A stretch of DNA of 64,000 nt from an uncultured Verrucomicrobiae bacterium (GTDB lineage: Bacteria > Verrucomicrobiota > Verrucomicrobiia > Chthoniobacterales > JAATET01): assembly GCA_963719495.1 (NCBI GenBank), contig CAVRCI010000012.1, forward strand, positions 32,001-96,000, read 5' to 3'. This document shows positions 19,028 through 28,871 of this stretch, piece after piece. The notes below the pieces were generated by a model. It was not told the origin of the DNA. It saw nothing but the letters and a program-made list of their open reading frames with translations, and did no database searches. Both the position numbers and the translations under genes were made by a program. Positions within the stretch are counted from its first letter, which is position 1; each line of letters starts with the position of its first letter.

Positions 19028-20116
19028 TTAGCTAAGTGGAAGATTCTCGGGCAGCCGATTGCACCTGCCCATCACCGCCGTCAGCAGCGCCTGACGAATG
19101 AAGACCGCCCCGTGCGCCTGCGACCAGTAGAGATTGTGCGGCGTCCGATCCAGACTCGTGTCCAGCTCCTCGAGCCTCGCAAGCGGATGCAGAATGACCG
19201 CGCCATCCTTGAGTTCGCTGTCCGCGTCGAGGCGGAACCTGGAGTCCAGATTTTTGTAACCATCGCCGACCTGCACGATGGAGTTCATGTAGATCACGTC
19301 CAATTCCGGAAGGCAGTTTTCGATGTCGTTCGTGATCTCGGACTCGAAACTCGCCGCCGCGATGTCGTTCGCCAGCTCCTCGCCGAACGGATCGGCCATC
19401 TCCGAAACGAACGTGATCTTTTCGATGTGTTCCTGAAAGAGCAACGCCATGTGAACGAAACTCTTCACCGCCCGCATGCTCCCCGGCGTCCCGAGCACCC
19501 CAATCCGGAGCCGCTCCGAGACCGGCTCGCGCTTGGCTAATTCAGGACGCCACTTCAGCAGCGCATACCAATCCGCCATGGCCTGAGTCGGGTGGTCGCC
19601 CGTGCCGTTTCCGGCGTTGATCAACGGCAGGCGCAGATTTTTCATGATCCGCTCCGGCGCGTCCGCTTCGGTGTGCCGCATGATCACGCAATCGCCGTAG
19701 GCGTTGAACATTTCGCCGATGTCCTCGAGCGATTCCCCCTTCTTCACTCCCGTCGTCTTCCCGTCCGGGATGCTAATGATTCGCCCGTCGAGCCGCAGCA
19801 CCGCGCTCTCGAACGACAACCGCGTCCGCGTGCTCGCCTCGAAGAACGCCGTGATCACGATGTATTTGTCCAACGGCCGGTGTGGCCCAATTTCAATCGC
19901 CTCCAACACCGAGGCCAGCTTGCAAAGCTCGACGATCTCCGTCCGCGAGAATTGCTTCACCGACAGCACGCTGCGAAACGCCATCCCCTGCAGCACCTCG
20001 AGGTCGATGTTCGTCCGCCGAAAGAGCGAATTTGCCTCCGGGTGCAAAGACAGCGACTCCGGCGGCGGCGCGAGCACCTCGAGCAACCGATTCGGTTTGA
20101 ACGTCGGCGCGTCCAT
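19028..20116 (-). CDS. ATCase/OTCase-family carbamoyltransferase with non-canonical acceptor site
   Basis: FFEASTRT, KGES, INAGNG..HPTQ and HPLAR present; YMNSIVQ where ATCase has YMTRVQKER. Confidence 0.85.
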   Translation of the reverse strand: MDAPTFKPNRLLEVLAPPPESLSLHPEANSLFRRTNIDLEVLQGMAFRSVLSVKQFSRTEIVELCKLASVLEAIEIGPHRPLDKYIVITAFFEASTRTRLSFESAVLRLDGRIISIPDGKTTGVKKGESLEDIGEMFNAYGDCVIMRHTEADAPERIMKNLRLPLINAGNGTGDHPTQAMADWYALLKWRPELAKREPVSERLRIGVLGTPGSMRAVKSFVHMALLFQEHIEKITFVSEMADPFGEELANDIAAASFESEITNDIENCLPELDVIYMNSIVQVGDGYKNLDSRFRLDADSELKDGAVILHPLARLEELDTSLDRTPHNLYWSQAHGAVFIRQALLTAVMGRCNRLPENLPLS

Positions 20117-20235
20117 CACCAAACGCGTCCTTTCCGGTGATCCCGCCAGATCATCGCGATCAGCGTCACCGCGCCAGCCGACGTCCAGATCAGCGCGGTC
20201 CAAATGAGAATTTCGACGAAGGTGAGTGCAAACAT
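20116..20235 (-). CDS. 39-aa single-TM small protein (not in ORF track)
   Basis: MFALTFVEILIWTALIWTSAGAVTLIAMIWRDHRKGRVW; starts 4 nt after the transporter stop, and its TGA overlaps the next ATG (TGATG). Confidence 0.7.
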   Translation of the reverse strand: MFALTFVEILIWTALIWTSAGAVTLIAMIWRDHRKGRVW

Positions 20236-20239
20236 GGCG

Positions 20240-21661
20240 TTAGTGTTCGTTGAGGGTCTTCCAATCGAATGGGTCGGGTCGCAAAGCCGTCGTCACGAGC
20301 ACCGTCACCATCGACACCGCCGCGCTGATCAGCGACGCCGAGAACCAACCAATCTGATAATACGCGATCAACCCGATCACCGACCCCAGCAACATCGCCG
20401 CCGTCGCACCCGCTCGCGACGTCCGCGGAAAATACAACCCGGACACGATTGGCCAGATCGTGCTCGCGACCAGCGGCCCCGAAAGAAAGAGCACCGTAAT
20501 GAGATCGCCCACGTTCGGCAGACAGATCCCCCAAGTCAGCACCCCCAACCCCACGATCACCCAGGTCGAAGCTCGGCGCACCGTCGCCTCGCTGGCCGCC
20601 GGATTGAACGCCTTCCGGTAAATGTCCTCCGTCACCAGATCCGCCGTCGCCGCCAGCAGGCTGTCGATGCTCGAAGCCAGCGAACAGAACAGCACGATGA
20701 ACACCAGGATCGAACCCACTCCCCCCAGCACCTGACTCGCCACCAGCGGCCCGACCATGTCCGGGTCCGCCGCGTTGATCCCCAACGGCCCCGCGCAAAG
20801 CCCGATGAACCCCGCCGCAATCGGAATCGGGAACCACAGCACCCCCGAAATAAGAAACGCCTTCAGCGGCACCCCCTTCCGCATGGCAAAGGCCCGACTC
20901 CACCACACGTTGTTGTGAAAGACCTCGCCGAACCCGAAGAACAGATTGTTGAACAGCGCCAGCAGCGCCACCGGCATGAATACATGCAGCAAAGTCGGCT
21001 GATCCGCCGAGATCGACGTGTAAACCGCCTCGACGTCGATCCGCATGAGCACGACCACACCGACCACCACGATCCCGACGAGAATGATGACGCTCTGAAT
21101 AAAATCCGTCCCGATCACCGCGTAAAGCCCGCCGAAGAGCGTGTAGGTAATGCAAACGAACAAAATCGCCGACATCCCGTATTCGTAAGGAATCCCCGAC
21201 AGCGCCTGCAGAAATTTCCCGCCTGCCATTGCCATGCTCACCAGCCACGCCATCGAATAAACCAGCGAAATCACCAAAAACAGCCCCCAGGCCACCCGCC
21301 CGAACCGCAGCCGCACGAAGTCACCGCTCGTGTAGCCATTCGGCATCAAGTCGCGAATCCTGTGCGCCATCGGCGCAAACAGAAACAACCCGAAACTCGC
21401 CGTCGAATAAGCCAGCATCCCCCAGATCCCCATCTTCATCGCGAAGACCGGCGCGAGCATCACCGTGCTCGACGTCACCCACGTCGCCATCGCCGTCGCC
21501 GCCGAGAGAGCCAACCCGACGTTCCGCCCCGCGAGCATGAACCCATCCAGATTGACCGCCTTCTTCCCCCAATAAACCCCCAACCCGATCCAGATCACGC
21601 CAAAGACCGCGAGCAGCAGATAGCCCATTCCAGGATCGAGCACGGAGCTTTGCAAATTCAT
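20240..21661 (-). CDS. Sodium:solute symporter family transporter (DUR3/urea-transporter-like)
   Basis: FMLAGRNVG, ATWVT, GGLYAVIGTDFIQ and SSIDSLL motifs; many TM segments; ATG 21661 coupled to the upstream stop. Confidence 0.9.
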   Translation of the reverse strand: MNLQSSVLDPGMGYLLLAVFGVIWIGLGVYWGKKAVNLDGFMLAGRNVGLALSAATAMATWVTSSTVMLAPVFAMKMGIWGMLAYSTASFGLFLFAPMAHRIRDLMPNGYTSGDFVRLRFGRVAWGLFLVISLVYSMAWLVSMAMAGGKFLQALSGIPYEYGMSAILFVCITYTLFGGLYAVIGTDFIQSVIILVGIVVVGVVVLMRIDVEAVYTSISADQPTLLHVFMPVALLALFNNLFFGFGEVFHNNVWWSRAFAMRKGVPLKAFLISGVLWFPIPIAAGFIGLCAGPLGINAADPDMVGPLVASQVLGGVGSILVFIVLFCSLASSIDSLLAATADLVTEDIYRKAFNPAASEATVRRASTWVIVGLGVLTWGICLPNVGDLITVLFLSGPLVASTIWPIVSGLYFPRTSRAGATAAMLLGSVIGLIAYYQIGWFSASLISAAVSMVTVLVTTALRPDPFDWKTLNEH

Positions 21662-22140
21662 CAGACGAGTTCCTCCCCGGCCTGCTGCCGCCGAAATCCC
21701 CTCACCACGGTCGACACCGTCAGCCCAAACACCGTCAATCCGACGCCCAGGAGCGTCCAAACCTTCCAAGCCGCTGGGTATTCCACGAGCACGTCCAGCG
21801 TCTCCGACCAAGGACCCCCAACCGCCCGCACCCGGAACGAATGCGTCCCATCCGGCAGCCCCGAAGCAAAGAACGCCAAATCCGGCCCCACGTAGCGAAC
21901 CTTCTCACCTTCAACGACTTCGTAATCCACCGCCCCCGCGACCGCCAACCAATTGAGCAGAACGTGGCCCTCCCCCGCGACCACCGGCTCCGTCATTTCC
22001 CAGCGCGGAGCCTCCAGAGCCAACGCCGAACCAATCAGCAAAAACGCAACAAAAACTCGAATGGGGATCGAAAAAGCGATGCTCCCACCGTGAAAAACGA
22101 ACTCCCGAACATCAAGCAAAAGCCGGGAGACAGGGAGCAC
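21661..22140 (-). CDS. Small exported, membrane-anchored protein with FN3-like domain
   Basis: Signal-like FVAFLLIGSALA, LNW..V.GAVDYEV, SGLPDGTHSFRVRAVGGPWS, C-terminal TM helix; start uncertain. Confidence 0.65.
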   Translation of the reverse strand: MLPVSRLLLDVREFVFHGGSIAFSIPIRVFVAFLLIGSALALEAPRWEMTEPVVAGEGHVLLNWLAVAGAVDYEVVEGEKVRYVGPDLAFFASGLPDGTHSFRVRAVGGPWSETLDVLVEYPAAWKVWTLLGVGLTVFGLTVSTVVRGFRRQQAGEELV

Positions 22141-22295
22141 ACCCGTCCCGGGTGTGAGCTTCGGCGTCCCCGCCGAAGCCTCGTTCCAAAACGCGAAGCG
22201 TCACTTCCCCCTTCACCCGCATCCATTCGCGTCCATTCGCGTGTTTAGCGGGTCCCTCACCCGATTTGCCAACCTCCCCGCCCACCTGTTAACCA

Positions 22296-23585
22296 TTGGC
22301 GGTGCCACCCGAAAACACCCGCGCCACCCCGCTCGCCGACCTCCGCGTCGACCCGAAGCGCCTCCGCGAAGACCTCCGCACCCTCTCCGCCTTCGGTTAC
22401 AACGACACCGACCACGGCATCTACCGCATGGCGTTCACCGAGGCCGACCTCGCCGCCCGCCATTGGCTGCAGGACGAAATGCGCGCCCTCGGCATGGCCG
22501 TCCGCATCGACGGAGCCGCCAACGTCATCGGCCACTGGCCGCCCCACGACACCCGGCCCGCCGTTATCCTCGGTTCCCACACCGACACCGTCCCCTGCGG
22601 CGGCCACCTCGACGGCAACCTCGGCGTCCTCTGCGGCCTCGAAGCCGCCCGCGTCCTCATCGAAGCCGACGTCCAGCTCGACCGCCCCATCGAAGTCATC
22701 TCCTTCTCCGACGAAGAGGGTCGTTTCGGCGGCATGCTCGGATCCGAAGCCTTCACCGGTCGCCTCACCCCCGAGCGCCTCCTCGGAGCCATCGATTTAA
22801 CCGGCACCCGCCTCGCCGACGCGATGATCGCTCGCGGCCTCGAACCCACCGCCGCCCTCGACGCCCGCCGCGAACCCTCCAGTATCCACGCCTTCCTCGA
22901 ACTCCACATCGAGCAAGGCCCCGTCCTCGACGCCGCCCGCAAGCAGCTCGGCATCGTCGACCAGATCACCGGCCTCTTCCGCTGGTCCGCCCGCCTCTTC
23001 GGCAAACCCAACCACGCCGGCACCACCCCCATGAACCTCCGCCAGGACGCCTTTCTGGGCCTGGCCGAATTCGCCAACGAAATCCCTCGCGTCCTCGAGG
23101 AAAACGGCAGCGACCGCAGCCGCGCCACCATCGGCAACGTCGAACTCACCCCCGGCGCCGCGAACACCATCCCGGGCTGCGCGGAATTCTCGCTCGACGT
23201 CCGCGACACCGACCCCGACACCCTCGAAGAGCTCTCCCGCGCCTTCCGCAAGGCCCTCTCCGCCATCGCCCGCCGTCACGACCTCCGCTTCGAATTCGAC
23301 GAAGTCTCCCGCATCGCCCCCCGGCCCTGCGCCCCCGCCGTCGTCGACGCCCTCCGCCGCCAAGCCGAGCGGCTCGAGACCACCTTCGAAGTCATGCCCA
23401 GCGGCGCCGCCCACGATTCCCAGCTTCTCGCCGAGATTTGTCCCGTCGGCATGATCTTCGTCCCCAGCCGCGACGGCCAGAGCCACTCGCCCGCCGAATG
23501 GACCGCCTGGCAGGACGTCGAAGCCGGTGCCAACGTCCTCCTCCAAACCGCACTCGAACTCACCCGCACTGAAATCGAACGATGA
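22296..23585 (+). CDS. Zn-dependent N-carbamoyl-L-amino acid amidohydrolase / allantoate amidohydrolase family (M20)
   Basis: GSHTDTV, DGNLG, DEEG, ELHIEQGP, HAGTTPM and SGAAHD motifs. Confidence 0.92.
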   Translation: MAVPPENTRATPLADLRVDPKRLREDLRTLSAFGYNDTDHGIYRMAFTEADLAARHWLQDEMRALGMAVRIDGAANVIGHWPPHDTRPAVILGSHTDTVPCGGHLDGNLGVLCGLEAARVLIEADVQLDRPIEVISFSDEEGRFGGMLGSEAFTGRLTPERLLGAIDLTGTRLADAMIARGLEPTAALDARREPSSIHAFLELHIEQGPVLDAARKQLGIVDQITGLFRWSARLFGKPNHAGTTPMNLRQDAFLGLAEFANEIPRVLEENGSDRSRATIGNVELTPGAANTIPGCAEFSLDVRDTDPDTLEELSRAFRKALSAIARRHDLRFEFDEVSRIAPRPCAPAVVDALRRQAERLETTFEVMPSGAAHDSQLLAEICPVGMIFVPSRDGQSHSPAEWTAWQDVEAGANVLLQTALELTRTEIER

Positions 23586-24319
23586 AAATTACCGACGCCA
23601 CCGACCGCGATCCGCTCCTCGACCTCTACAAAAGCTCCCTCGGCGAGGAAAACCCAGCCCACCACTGGATGCTGGCCCGCCAGCAGACCGCGCTCCTTTG
23701 CATCGACATGCAATACCTCGACGCCGCCCGCGGCCACGGCATCTTCCGCGACGCCACCTCCTCCGGCGTCCCGCTCGAGGACCAGGAATACTACTTCTCC
23801 ACCCTCGAAGGCCGCGTCATCCCCCGCCTCCGCCGCCTCCAGGACACCTTCCGCCGCGCCGAACTCGAAGTCATCCACGTCCGCATCCAGGCCCTCACCG
23901 CCGACGGACGCGACCGTTCCAAGGGCCACAAACGCCTCGGCGTCCTCGCCGGCCCCGGCACCCGCGAAGCCGATTTCCTCGAAGCCGTCGCCCCCCAAGG
24001 CGACGAAATCGTCATCAACAAGACCGCCAGCGGCGTCTTCTCCGCCACGAACATCAATTTCGTCCTGAAAAATCTCGGCATTACCGCCGTCTACGTCGCC
24101 GGCGTCTACACCAACGAATGCGTGGAAACGACGATCCGCGACGCCTGCGACCTCGGCTACCTCGTCACCATGGTCGACGACTGCTGCACGACCGTGACCC
24201 CCGAACTCCAACGCGCCTCCATCGCCGTCCTCCGCGACCGCTACGCCCGCATCCTCTCCAGCGACGACGCCATCGCCGAGATCCAGTCCATCGAGGCGGA
24301 ACGGCAACCCGCCGCGTAA
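23582..24319 (+). CDS. Isochorismatase-family cysteine hydrolase
   Basis: Asp-Lys-Cys triad: IDMQ, INKTASG, GVYTNECVETT; ATGA overlap with the upstream gene. Confidence 0.9.
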   Translation: MKITDATDRDPLLDLYKSSLGEENPAHHWMLARQQTALLCIDMQYLDAARGHGIFRDATSSGVPLEDQEYYFSTLEGRVIPRLRRLQDTFRRAELEVIHVRIQALTADGRDRSKGHKRLGVLAGPGTREADFLEAVAPQGDEIVINKTASGVFSATNINFVLKNLGITAVYVAGVYTNECVETTIRDACDLGYLVTMVDDCCTTVTPELQRASIAVLRDRYARILSSDDAIAEIQSIEAERQPAA

Positions 24320-24355
24320 TCAGACCGAGCGAAGCAAAGCCATCCTCCAAAAAAA

Positions 24356-24454
24356 CTGTCATGTTGAGCGAAGCGAAGCATCTCTGGCTTCTCAGGCGTG
24401 ACGGCCCGCAACCAGAAACGAGCCAGAGATATTTCGCTCCGCTCAATATAACAG
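24356..24454. repeat. Inverted pair of REP family C (REPIN-like, possible terminator)
   Basis: 24356-24389 and 24421-24454 are imperfect reverse complements. Confidence 0.8.
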
Positions 24455-24644
24455 GTTTTGGAAAAAGGCCGTCTTCCCAACCAGGGTCAATCCTCTCCTC
24501 CACGCCTCACTTTCCAATCGACGCCGCCCTTCCTCCACCCAGCATCACCCCACCCCCCCGGAAAAGAGATTCACGCCCACGCCGCCTCGTGCGTATCCTT
24601 CGACAGATACCAGCAACCGCAAATTTTTACTTAAAAGCCATCCC

Positions 24645-25766
24645 ATGCCCACCATCGCCAAAGGACTCGAAGGAATCATCGCAAACTCGACCTCGCTCAG
24701 CGAAGTCATGGGAGCCGAGGGCATCCTCATCTACTCCGGCTACAACATCAACGACCTCGCCGGAAACGTCACTTTCGAGGAAATCGTCCACCTCCTCTGG
24801 CGCGGACACCTCCCCAACCGCGCCGAACTCGACGCCCTCACCGCGGAACTCCGCGCCCAGCGTGAACTCCCCGCCGGTGTTATCGAATTTCTCGAAACCG
24901 CCCCCAAAGACGCGGGCCCGATGGACGTCATCCGCACCGCCGTCTCCATGCTCGGCCTCTACGACCACGTCACCGGCGACGACGCCGAGGCCAACCAACA
25001 CCGCGCTGTCAGCATCACGTCGAAGATGGGCGTGATCGCCGCCTACTACCACCGCGCCCGCCAGGGTCTGGAGCTCCCCGCCGTCCGCGACGACCTCGGC
25101 GAAGCCGCCCACTTCCTCTACCTCCTCAACGGCGAGGAACCCACCGCCGAGATGGAACGAACCCTCGACGTCGCCTACGTCCTCCACGCCGACCACGGCA
25201 TGAACGCCTCGACCTTCTCCGCCCGCGTCACCATCGCCACCCTCAGCGACATTTTCTCCGCCATCACCTCCGCCATCGGCACCCTCAAGGGTCCCCTCCA
25301 CGGCGGGGCCAACGAAGGCGTCATCCACATGCTCCAGGAGATCGGCAGCGTCGACGCCGTCGACGCCTGGGTCGACGACGCCCTCGAAAACAAAAAGAAG
25401 ATCATGGGCATCGGCCACCGCGTTTACAAAACGCTCGACCCCCGCGCCCCCCACCTCCGCACCATGGCCATCAAGCTCTGCGAACAACTCGGCGAGCAGA
25501 AGTGGATCAAGATGAGCGAGCGGATCGCCGAGATCATGCGCGAGAAGAAGGAACTCAACGCCAACGTCGATTTCTACTCCGCCACGGTCTACTACTCGCT
25601 CGGCGTCCCGACCGACATGTTCACGCCGATCTTCGCGATTTCCCGCGCCGCGGGTTGGACCGCCCACGTCCTCGAGCAGCTCTCCGACAACCGCCTCTAC
25701 CGCCCCCTCAGCGAATACGTCGGCCCCGAAGTCGGCAAGAAAGTCGTCCCCATCGACGAACGGTAG
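24645..25766 (+). CDS. gltA: Citrate synthase
   Basis: KGLEG, HADHGMNASTF, GPLHGGANE, GIGHRVYK and NVDFYS motifs. Confidence 0.95.
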   Translation: MPTIAKGLEGIIANSTSLSEVMGAEGILIYSGYNINDLAGNVTFEEIVHLLWRGHLPNRAELDALTAELRAQRELPAGVIEFLETAPKDAGPMDVIRTAVSMLGLYDHVTGDDAEANQHRAVSITSKMGVIAAYYHRARQGLELPAVRDDLGEAAHFLYLLNGEEPTAEMERTLDVAYVLHADHGMNASTFSARVTIATLSDIFSAITSAIGTLKGPLHGGANEGVIHMLQEIGSVDAVDAWVDDALENKKKIMGIGHRVYKTLDPRAPHLRTMAIKLCEQLGEQKWIKMSERIAEIMREKKELNANVDFYSATVYYSLGVPTDMFTPIFAISRAAGWTAHVLEQLSDNRLYRPLSEYVGPEVGKKVVPIDER

Positions 25767-25775
25767 GTTGCGGGT

Positions 25776-25857
25776 GGGTCGAGAGACGAGGGTCGAGGGT
25801 CGAGCGCTAATGAGTTCACCCTCAGGCCCTCGACTCTCGACGCTCGACCCTCGACTC
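25776..25857. repeat. Inverted heptamer repeat arrays (GGGTCGA)n/(TCGACCC)n, possible terminator
   Basis: About four 7-mers per arm, directly after the gltA stop. Confidence 0.7.
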
Positions 25858-25912
25858 ATCAAAAGGCCCGATTCTCGTTCGGTCTCACGGAAAACCCTGC
25901 TAGCGTCCGCCC

Positions 25913-28165
25913 ATGAATCCATCCCTGCTCTCCGACGCGGACTATTATCCGTTGGTCGAAGCCCGGCACGACGACCCCTTCCGCATCCTCGGCATCCGCG
26001 GCACCGATAAGGCCAAAATCGCCCGCGTCTTCCGCCCCGACGCCAAGTCCGTCACCCTCGTCGAATCCGGCGGATCCGAGCGCAAGATCGAGTTGAATCG
26101 CGCCGGCGACGGCGGCGTCTTCGAAGCCGAGCTCGGCAAGGACGCCCCCATCGGCTATCACCTCGATTACACCGGATTCAACGGCGAGACTTGGTCCCAG
26201 CTCGACCCCTACGCCTTCGGCCCCGTCCTCGGCGAGATGGACATCTACCTCTTCGGCGAGGGCACCCATTACGACGTTTACAAGAAGCTCGGCGCCCACC
26301 CGATCGAGCACGACGGTGTTCGCGGCGTCCACTTCGCCGTCTGGGCCCCAAATGCCCAGCGCGTCAGCGTCGTCGGCGACCTCAACCACTGGGACGGTCG
26401 CGTCCACCCCATGCGGAAGATTCTCTCCGCTGGCATCTGGGAAATTTTCATCCCTGAGCTCGGCGAAGGTGACCACTACAAATTCGAAATCCGCGGCCCG
26501 CAGGGCGACGTCAACCTCAAGACCGATCCCTTCGCGACCTACGCCCAGCACGGCACCTCCACCGGCTGCATGGTCTTCGACCTCGACCGCTACAAGTGGG
26601 ACGACGGCGACTGGATGAAGGCCCGCGAAACCCGCGACCATCTCAATTCCCCCATGAGCGTCTACGAGGTGCACCTCGGCTCCTGGCAGCGCGTGAGCGA
26701 GGATGGCAATCGCGAGCTCAGCTACCGCGAACTCGCCGACCGCCTCATCCCCTACACCAAGGAAATGGGCTTCACCCACCTCGAGCTCATGCCCGTGATG
26801 GAGCATCCGTTCGACGGCTCCTGGGGCTACCAGGTCACGAATTACTACGCGCCCACCAGCCGCTTCGGTAATCCCGACGAATTCCGCAACTTCGTGGACC
26901 GCTGCCACCAGGAAGGCATCGGCGTCATCCTCGACTGGGTCCCCGGCCATTTCCCCAAGGACGCCCACGGCCTCGCGAAATACGACGGCACCTGCCTCTA
27001 CGAGCACGAGGACCCGCGCCTCGGCGAGCACATGGATTGGGGCACCCTCATTTTCAACTACGGGCGCAACGAGGTGAAAAACTTCCTCATCGGCAACGCC
27101 CTCTACTGGATGGACGAATACCACGTCGACGGCCTCCGCGTGGACGCGGTCGCGTCGATGCTCTACCTCGACTACTCCCGCAAAGCCGGCGAATGGGTGC
27201 CCAACCGCTTCGGCGGACGCGAGAACCTCGAAGCCGTCGATTTCCTCAAGCGCTGCAACGAAGTCTGCTACGAGCGCTTCCCCGGCATCGTGACCATCGC
27301 CGAGGAATCCACCTCCTACCCCGGCGTCTCCAAGCCGACCTACCTCGGCGGCCTCGGCTTCGGCTTCAAGTGGAACATGGGCTGGATGAACGACTCCCTG
27401 CGCTACATCGCGCTCGACCCCATCCACCGCCGCTACCACCAGAGCGAGATCACCTTCTCGATGGTCTACGCCTTCTCCGAGCACTTCATGCTCGTCCTCA
27501 GCCACGACGAAGTCGTCCACGGCAAGGGCTCGATGATCGGGAAAATGCCCGGCGACGATTGGCAGAAGTTCGCCAATCTCCGCATGTTCATCGCCTGGAT
27601 GTGGGGCCACCCCGGCAAAAAGCTCATCTTCCAGGGCATGGAATTCGGCCAATTCGCCGAGTGGAACCACGCCCGCAGCATCGACTGGCACCTCAAGGAC
27701 TCCCACCTCAACGCCGGCATGAGCCGCCTCGTGCAGCACCTCAACTGGCTCTACCGCAGCGAACCCGCCCTCTTCGACCAAGACGATTCCTACGACGGAT
27801 TCGAGTGGATCGACTTCAGCGACGCCGACAACACCGTCTGGTCCTTCATGCGCAAGTCGAAGGACGGCGATAAGCTCGTCTTTATCGTCAACGCCACCCC
27901 GGTGGTCCGGCCAAATTACCGCGTCGGCGTGCCACTCGGCGGATTCTACGCGGAAATTCTCAACACCGACGCCGGCAACTACGGCGGCAGCAACGTCGGG
28001 AACTACGGCGGCAAATACGCCGATCAGCAACGCTGGCAGGACCGCGACCACTCGATCCTCGTCGACCTCCCACCCCTCGCCGTTGTCGCCTTCAAATACC
28101 GGGACAATGCCCCCTCCACCCCGGCACTCGAAGCGACCCCAAAACCGAAGGCCCTCGAGACCTGA
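25913..28165 (+). CDS. glgB: 1,4-alpha-glucan branching enzyme
   Basis: FAVWAPNA, YEVHLGSW, SWGYQ, GLRVDAVASM, IAEEST and LSHDEVVHGK motifs. Confidence 0.97.
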   Translation: MNPSLLSDADYYPLVEARHDDPFRILGIRGTDKAKIARVFRPDAKSVTLVESGGSERKIELNRAGDGGVFEAELGKDAPIGYHLDYTGFNGETWSQLDPYAFGPVLGEMDIYLFGEGTHYDVYKKLGAHPIEHDGVRGVHFAVWAPNAQRVSVVGDLNHWDGRVHPMRKILSAGIWEIFIPELGEGDHYKFEIRGPQGDVNLKTDPFATYAQHGTSTGCMVFDLDRYKWDDGDWMKARETRDHLNSPMSVYEVHLGSWQRVSEDGNRELSYRELADRLIPYTKEMGFTHLELMPVMEHPFDGSWGYQVTNYYAPTSRFGNPDEFRNFVDRCHQEGIGVILDWVPGHFPKDAHGLAKYDGTCLYEHEDPRLGEHMDWGTLIFNYGRNEVKNFLIGNALYWMDEYHVDGLRVDAVASMLYLDYSRKAGEWVPNRFGGRENLEAVDFLKRCNEVCYERFPGIVTIAEESTSYPGVSKPTYLGGLGFGFKWNMGWMNDSLRYIALDPIHRRYHQSEITFSMVYAFSEHFMLVLSHDEVVHGKGSMIGKMPGDDWQKFANLRMFIAWMWGHPGKKLIFQGMEFGQFAEWNHARSIDWHLKDSHLNAGMSRLVQHLNWLYRSEPALFDQDDSYDGFEWIDFSDADNTVWSFMRKSKDGDKLVFIVNATPVVRPNYRVGVPLGGFYAEILNTDAGNYGGSNVGNYGGKYADQQRWQDRDHSILVDLPPLAVVAFKYRDNAPSTPALEATPKPKALET

Positions 28166-28234
28166 AATTACGGCTCAATCTTCTGCCGAAACCATTGACG
28201 AAATCGCAAATGCACGTATCTTCACACAAAACTC

Positions 28235-28846
28235 ATGAAAATTAAAAAGTCCCCCTCCGCATTCACCCTCATCGAGCTCCTCGTCGTGATCTCGATCATC
28301 GCAATTCTCGCCTCGCTGGCGATTCCCGCCGTCACCGGCGCGCTCACCCGCGGCCAGATGGTCCAAACGCTCAACAACGCCCGCCAGCTCCAGCTCGCGA
28401 CGCAAACGATGAGTCTGGATACCTTCACCTCCGGCAACGGCATGGCTTGGACCTTCGATGACACGGGCGCTCCGGCCGATCTTTCAACGTTCTTCCTTAA
28501 TCTGACCCGGGATAACTATCTCACCGAAAATGATCTCAACAAACTCCTCACGGCTCCCGGCATCGGTCCGGGTGCCAGTGGAACGCCCACTGCTTCGAAC
28601 ATTGCATTCAAGATCTTCCAGGTTGCGGAGAATAACCCCGGCGATCAGCCGTTTGTCGTCACCAATAATTGGGCTGGAGGCGAGCTGACTCCCGATGCCA
28701 GCCCTTACGGCAGCAAGGGATTCGTTCTCTTCCGCAAAGGCGGTGAAGGCAACTTCTTCACGCGTCCTTCTGAGGCCGCGAACGTGATTCCAGATACCAC
28801 CGGCAGCGCAAATCCTGTGACTTACGTCGAAACTTTCATGCAGTAG
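28235..28846 (+). CDS. Prepilin-type N-terminal cleavage/methylation domain protein
   Basis: KKSPSA|FTLIELLVVISIIAILASLAIP with Glu at +5. Confidence 0.88.
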   Translation: MKIKKSPSAFTLIELLVVISIIAILASLAIPAVTGALTRGQMVQTLNNARQLQLATQTMSLDTFTSGNGMAWTFDDTGAPADLSTFFLNLTRDNYLTENDLNKLLTAPGIGPGASGTPTASNIAFKIFQVAENNPGDQPFVVTNNWAGGELTPDASPYGSKGFVLFRKGGEGNFFTRPSEAANVIPDTTGSANPVTYVETFMQ

Positions 28847-28871
28847 TCGACATACCCGTTACTTATCCAAG

